From: an uncultured Deinococcales bacterium
GTDB taxonomy: Bacteria; Deinococcota; Deinococci; Deinococcales; JAAFIG01
Direction of reading: 5' to 3'
Assembly (NCBI GenBank): GCA_964247135.1
Contig: CAXTTL010000113.1
Coordinates: 1-15,477 of the forward strand
DNA length: 15,477 bases
Shown here: positions 8,289-12,781 of the stretch, in pieces
How the letters are laid out: the number at the start of each line of letters is the position of its first letter
How positions within the stretch are numbered: position 1 is the first letter of the stretch
Translations under genes and position numbers: made by a program
Notes under the pieces: model-generated
What the model was told of the DNA's origin: nothing
Databases searched by the model: none
The model's input: the letters and a program-made list of their open reading frames with translations, nothing else

Positions 8289-8363
8289 TTTTGGCGGATT
8301 CTCGAGGAACCAAATATTTTGAGTTCCAAACTCGCATCTTGAGGTTCAAATTTGTCGAACAAG

Positions 8364-9107
8364 CTATTCGCTGATCGCCACCACCCGAGCCGGAAAGCCA
8401 CTGCCGCCGCGCGGTTTCGCCCAGGTCGCCATGACCAACGCCCCGTGCTCTGGCACTTTGTCCAGATTCGTCAACAATTCGATCTGCCAACGATCCAAGC
8501 CCAAAATATAACCCTCGAGCGCCCAATTGCTGGTTTCCTGGCTGGTGGCAATGCCGCCGTCGGTGTCAGTGGTTTCATGACCAACCGCCGTAATTTGACG
8601 CGTTTCAAACAAAAACTCGAGCACCTCTTTGGACCAGCCAGGGAAATGCTGTACGCCGCTGGCGTCACGGTTCGCCATGCGGGCGGTATCAGCCCAACGT
8701 TTGCTCCAATCGGTGCGCATGGCAACAAAAGACCCTGCTGGAATCTGACCATATTTGGTTTCCCAAACCTTAACATCCTCGAGCTTAATGCAGTAATCGG
8801 GATTCGCTTCGACACTTTCCACCACGTTCACCACTACCAGCGGCAGGAGCATCTCCTCCACCGCCAATTGCGCCACATTTCGCCCGCCCGCGTGCATGTG
8901 AAGCGGCGGGTCAACGTGCGTTCCCCACTGCCCGACAAAAGAATACTGATGAATCTCGAACAGCATTCCATCCTCGAGCTTTAAAAAATTGCTGATCTGT
9001 TGGTCTGGAAGCGCTGGAAATTTGGGTTGCCCTGGAAAGAATTCGTGCGTCAAATCCGTGAATTTTGCGGTTTTCAAGTGTTGGTTGTAGATATCCCAGA
9101 GCTTCAT
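8364..9107 (-). CDS. Cyclase family (kynurenine formamidase/isatin hydrolase-like) metal-dependent hydrolase
   Basis: TDLTH, QWGTHVDPPLH (variant of HxGTHxDxPxH), HFPG, GHETTDTD, QIELLTNLDKVP, GSGFPARV. TAAGGAG Shine-Dalgarno upstream. Confidence 0.9.
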   Translation of the reverse strand: MKLWDIYNQHLKTAKFTDLTHEFFPGQPKFPALPDQQISNFLKLEDGMLFEIHQYSFVGQWGTHVDPPLHMHAGGRNVAQLAVEEMLLPLVVVNVVESVEANPDYCIKLEDVKVWETKYGQIPAGSFVAMRTDWSKRWADTARMANRDASGVQHFPGWSKEVLEFLFETRQITAVGHETTDTDGGIATSQETSNWALEGYILGLDRWQIELLTNLDKVPEHGALVMATWAKPRGGSGFPARVVAISE

Positions 9108-9127
9108 GAAACACTCCTTAGCGAAGA

Positions 9128-9162
9128 TGGTTTCTCGAGAAATCCACCTTCTCGAGAAACCA
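9128..9162. repeat. Perfect 14-bp inverted repeat (intergenic stem-loop) between the binding-protein and cyclase genes
   Basis: TGGTTTCTCGAGAA (9128-9141), loop ATCCACC, TTCTCGAGAAACCA (9149-9162). No strong U-tract follows on the coding (minus) strand. Confidence 0.85.
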
Positions 9163-9176
9163 GACTTTTACAATCG

Positions 9177-10355
9177 TTACGGTTTCGGCACGTAGCCAGG
9201 AACCATTTCCGCCGCCAAGAACAAGGCTTTGTTCTTGACGCCGATCACGGTCACGCCTTTTTGCGGCACGCGAACGCCTGGGGCGTAAGTGATTGTGCCC
9301 GTCACGACTATCAAACCTTTGGTGGCGGCGAGCGCATCACGAATTTTTGCGCCCTCGGTGGATTTGGCGCGTTTGATCGCGTCGGCAATCAAGTAAACCG
9401 TGTCGTAACCCAACGCGGCAAAAGCATTGTCAGGGTCCTTGCTGTACTCTTTTTTGTACGCCCCAATGAATTTCTTGACGCTCGAGCTGCCGAGTTTCGC
9501 ATCCATGAGTGCGTGTGTGGTGAAGTAGACGTTGTTCGCGGCGGCACCGCCGACTTGAACCAGCAATGGCGTGTCGTAACCGTCCCCGCCAACAATCGGT
9601 TGGTTGATACCCGCTTGACGCATTTGCTTGACCAGCGTGCCAATATCGTCTGGCAGCGCCGAAACAAAGAGCATTGCGGGTTTGGTTTTGAGTGCCTTGA
9701 GTTTGGTGATTTGCGCCGCGAAACTCTTGTCGCCCGATTTGTAGGTATCCTCGAGCGGAATTTTGCCGCCGCCTTTGAGGTAGGCATCCTTAAAGAATTT
9801 CCCGAGCAGCACCGTGTATTCCGAGCCTTTGTCGATCAGCAGGTACGAGGTTTTGGCTTTCAAGTTTTTCAAACCGAATTCTGCACCCACCGCCGCCTGC
9901 ACATTGTCGCCAAATGGTGCGAGGAACATGTAATCACCAATTTGGGTCGGCAGCAACGGACTGGTCGCGCCTGCGGTCACAAATGGAATCCCCGCCTTTT
10001 GGGCTATCGGTCCGAGTGCCAAGGCGCTGTCCGAATCGGTAAAACCACCGATTGCCACAACCTTATCCGAATCAATCATCTGGCTGGCGATGTTGGTGAT
10101 CGTCGCAGGGTCGGTTTTGCCGTCGTATTCGACCAGTTCAATCTGTCGCCCGAGCACCCCGCCTGCCGCATTGATTTCTTTGGCAGCCAATTTTGCACCG
10201 TTGCTGGCGGGAACATCGAGCGAACTCATGCTGCCCGTCAGGTTGTACGCATTGCCAATTTTGATCGGATCGCCCTGCGCCCCCGAAAATCCTGCCAACA
10301 ACGCGAGCGTGAGCACGGATACCCCAGTGAATCCCAGAACCGTTTTGACTTTCAT
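9177..10355 (-). CDS. ABC transporter substrate-binding protein, LivJ/LivK (Peripla_BP_6) family
   Basis: Signal peptide, then PIKIG...LTG, EINAAGGVLGRQIELVEYD, GGDG and ALGYD. ATG 10355 is preceded by AAAGGAG and is preferred over 10370. Confidence 0.92.
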   Translation of the reverse strand: MKVKTVLGFTGVSVLTLALLAGFSGAQGDPIKIGNAYNLTGSMSSLDVPASNGAKLAAKEINAAGGVLGRQIELVEYDGKTDPATITNIASQMIDSDKVVAIGGFTDSDSALALGPIAQKAGIPFVTAGATSPLLPTQIGDYMFLAPFGDNVQAAVGAEFGLKNLKAKTSYLLIDKGSEYTVLLGKFFKDAYLKGGGKIPLEDTYKSGDKSFAAQITKLKALKTKPAMLFVSALPDDIGTLVKQMRQAGINQPIVGGDGYDTPLLVQVGGAAANNVYFTTHALMDAKLGSSSVKKFIGAYKKEYSKDPDNAFAALGYDTVYLIADAIKRAKSTEGAKIRDALAATKGLIVVTGTITYAPGVRVPQKGVTVIGVKNKALFLAAEMVPGYVPKP

Positions 10356-10661
10356 ACCCTCTCCTTTCATTTCCCCCGAGCAACCCCGAGTTGAAATCCA
10401 AAAAATGGTGTGTGACGTTCAAAATCTTTGGTATCTTGGTTGATCTCAATAACAAACCCGAGTCAATCCAAGCCAAGTACCCAATGCTTGCATTTTGGAT
10501 TTTTCGATCTGCTCGAGTGTTCCATGTTCCATCATACCGAACCCAAGCAACTTCATGTCGAAACCAGAAATCGCGCAAACGCACCTCTTGGGCATCGTCA
10601 CCTCTGATTGCCCTTCCCTCGAGATTCAATTTCGAGAACGTTCTCAACAGCTTCAATCAAC

Positions 10662-10705
10662 CAAAACACTCGAGCCTCACAGTGAATAGAGGCTCGAGTG
10701 TTTTG
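10662..10705 (-). terminator. Probable intrinsic terminator of jag: perfect 17-bp stem, 10-nt loop
   Basis: CAAAACACTCGAGCCTC (10662-10678) / GAGGCTCGAGTGTTTTG (10689-10705), 14 nt after the jag stop. The stem ends in TTTTG on either strand. Confidence 0.75.
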
Positions 10706-10719
10706 CCAATTGTAATCAA

Positions 10720-11346
10720 CTATTTTGCTTTGATAATAATCCTGCGCTCTGCCCCTTCACCCAAACTTTCGGTGCTGACAAACGCGTCTTCGCGTAGGGC
10801 AATGTGAATGATGCGGCGGTCGGCGGCGCTCATGGCATCCATCTCGAAGGGTTCACCACTTTTGCGCACGCGTGCAGCGGCACGTCTGGCTTGCTCGAGC
10901 AGGCGTTCCTCGTGGCGGCGACGGTAACCGCTGGCGTCCACGCTGACGCGGGGGGCTTCAGCGCCCATCTCTTTGGTCAAGACCGTGTTTGCCAGGAATT
11001 CGATGGCGGCGAGGGTGCGTCCTTCGCGCCCAATGACTTTGCCGGCGTCGCCACCCAAAATTTCGGCGTTGACGCTGTCGCCGCGCGTGCGTGCCGAAAC
11101 GGTGAACCCAGGGTCAACGTGAACCAGCATTCCAGACAGGAAATCTTCAACGATTGCGTCGCTGCTGGCGACCAAACCGCCGGCGCGTTCTTTTGGGGCA
11201 CTATCGCTGGGCGCTGCGCCACTCGAGCTGCGGACTGGGGTTGGAATGGCTGGTGGGGTGCTGGGAACAGCGGGGGCTTTCTTGGTGTCAGCGTCGCTGA
11301 TACCAAGATTCTCGAGGTACGAGTCCAGATTATTCTTGTCGCTCAT
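10720..11346 (-). CDS. jag: Jag/KhpB (EloR) RNA-binding protein, KH-II plus R3H domains
   Basis: KH GxxG loop VIGREGRTLAAIE, VDASGYRRR, R3H motif DRRIIH, TESLGEGAERR. The N-terminus NLDSYLENLGIS and a Pro/Ser-rich linker replace Jag_N. Confidence 0.9.
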   Translation of the reverse strand: MSDKNNLDSYLENLGISDADTKKAPAVPSTPPAIPTPVRSSSGAAPSDSAPKERAGGLVASSDAIVEDFLSGMLVHVDPGFTVSARTRGDSVNAEILGGDAGKVIGREGRTLAAIEFLANTVLTKEMGAEAPRVSVDASGYRRRHEERLLEQARRAAARVRKSGEPFEMDAMSAADRRIIHIALREDAFVSTESLGEGAERRIIIKAK

Positions 11347-11352
11347 GTCAGG

Positions 11353-11361
11353 AGTCTATCA
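11353..11361 (-). promoter_or_regulatory. Extended -10 promoter (TGn-TAGACT) for a leaderless jag transcript
   Basis: Minus strand TGA-TAGACT-CCTGAC-ATG(11346); no Shine-Dalgarno sequence. Confidence 0.68.
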
Positions 11362-11399
11362 TCTGGCTGCCTGGGTTGAAGCGCAAATTGAATTGCGGC

Positions 11400-12455
11400 T
11401 CATTTCAGCTCGAGCGGTTGCCCGAGTTTGGCGCTTTCGTAGGCTTTAAGAACCAAGCGAACGCTCTCGAGACCGTCCTCGCCCGTACAAATCACAGGTG
11501 TGCCGTGGCGAACGCTCGAGATAAACGCCACGATTTCGCGGCTGTGACCGCCCTCGTCGGCAAAGCTGTAAATCGTTTCGTCTGGCGTCGCCCAATCGGT
11601 GCCGCTCGAGGTGCGGTGAACGTGACGCAATCTGCGTGTCCCGAGGCGGTTGGTGCATTCGAGTGCGCCGTCCGTGCCGTAAACCCACCAGCCCTCCTCC
11701 CAGCCTGTCGCCGTCCAGGAGCTTTCGACGCTGCCGAGCGCACCCGATTCAAACTCGAGGCTGGCATTGGCAACATCTTCGACCTCGATCTCAAAACCGA
11801 GCGTGGCGGTGCGGGCGAAAATGTTTTTGACGTCGCCGCCCAGGTTGCGTGCCAGGTCGAACATGTGACAACCGTTGTCGAGCAGCGTGCCGCCACCAGA
11901 ATTAGCAAGTTTCCCAAACGAGTCGGCAACGGTTTTGTTGCCGCCCCAGTCGTGGGTTTGGCGCAACCTGATAAAAGTCACCCGTCCAACCGCACCGCTC
12001 GAGATGAGTTCCTTGGTTTTTTCGACCAACAAATTTGCGCGCAAGTGATGCCCCGTTTGCAAAACCACACCCGCAGCTCGAGCGGCGTCAATCATCCTTT
12101 GGCAGTCCGCCAAACTCATTGAAAGTGGTTTTTCGCAGAGTACATGTTTGCCCGCCAGCGCAGCTTGAATGCTGGCTGGGGCGTGATAGGCGTTTGGGGT
12201 GCAAACGCTGACCGCCTCGAATTTTTCGCTTGCCAACAACTCCTCGAAGCTCGAGTAACCGGTGATCTTCCATTCTTTTTCGCGCCGCGTGCGGGTTGGC
12301 TCAAATGGATCGACAAATCCGACGATGACCGCGCCTGCCGCCGTGTAACCCTTGTAATGCGCGTTGGCAATGCCGCCCGCGCCAATCAGTGCCACGCGAA
12401 AGGGCGCTCCCTCGAGTGTTGTGCTCCGACCGCCGTATGTGTTTGCTTGCGTCAT
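11400..12455 (-). CDS. Gfo/Idh/MocA family oxidoreductase (sugar/inositol dehydrogenase-like)
   Basis: VALIGAGGIA, VCTPNAYH, GKHVLCEKP, GGGTLLDNGCH. GAGGAG Shine-Dalgarno upstream. Confidence 0.92.
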   Translation of the reverse strand: MTQANTYGGRSTTLEGAPFRVALIGAGGIANAHYKGYTAAGAVIVGFVDPFEPTRTRREKEWKITGYSSFEELLASEKFEAVSVCTPNAYHAPASIQAALAGKHVLCEKPLSMSLADCQRMIDAARAAGVVLQTGHHLRANLLVEKTKELISSGAVGRVTFIRLRQTHDWGGNKTVADSFGKLANSGGGTLLDNGCHMFDLARNLGGDVKNIFARTATLGFEIEVEDVANASLEFESGALGSVESSWTATGWEEGWWVYGTDGALECTNRLGTRRLRHVHRTSSGTDWATPDETIYSFADEGGHSREIVAFISSVRHGTPVICTGEDGLESVRLVLKAYESAKLGQPLELK

Positions 12456-12510
12456 GAAATGATTCTCCTCGAGCTTTCCAAGAGCCTGTTTTTGAAGGGA
12501 TGTCGAGCAG

Positions 12511-12572
12511 GGCTATACGGTCCAAGCTTCAAGCGATAAGCCAAAAACTGCTGTTCCTTGGAGCTTATAGCC
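12511..12572. repeat. Imperfect 16-bp inverted repeat (14/16) with 30-nt spacer in the divergent intergenic region
   Basis: GGCTATACGGTCCAAG (12511-12526) versus CTTGGAGCTTATAGCC (12557-12572). Confidence 0.6.
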
Positions 12573-12781
12573 AGAACAATAACAAAATTTTGCCATGTCT
12601 TCGTTCCAACTGACTTCATAAACACGTCCTAACTTTCTATCCTAAAGCACAGGGCGCAAAATGCGTTTCTTGTCTATACAACTCGGCATAAAAACCCAGT
12701 CCAGCAGCGTGTAAAACCCGATTGTTTGTGTTAGGGTACAATTTCAAAATTCAAATAAGCCAAGAATCGGAGAACTTCGAG

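Noticed and set aside
8098-8363. Known riboswitch (e.g. glutamine, glycine, SAM) upstream of the GS-like gene
   Set aside because: I could not match the conserved core of any riboswitch class by eye; an Rfam scan is needed.
9000-10394. 464-aa plus-strand ORF
   Set aside because: Antisense shadow of the well-supported binding-protein gene, with no recognisable motifs. Long antisense frames are common in GC-rich coding DNA.
10138-10656. 172-aa minus-strand ORF upstream of and overlapping the binding-protein gene
   Set aside because: Overlaps the binding-protein CDS out of frame, has a TTG start with no initiation signal and shows no recognisable protein features.
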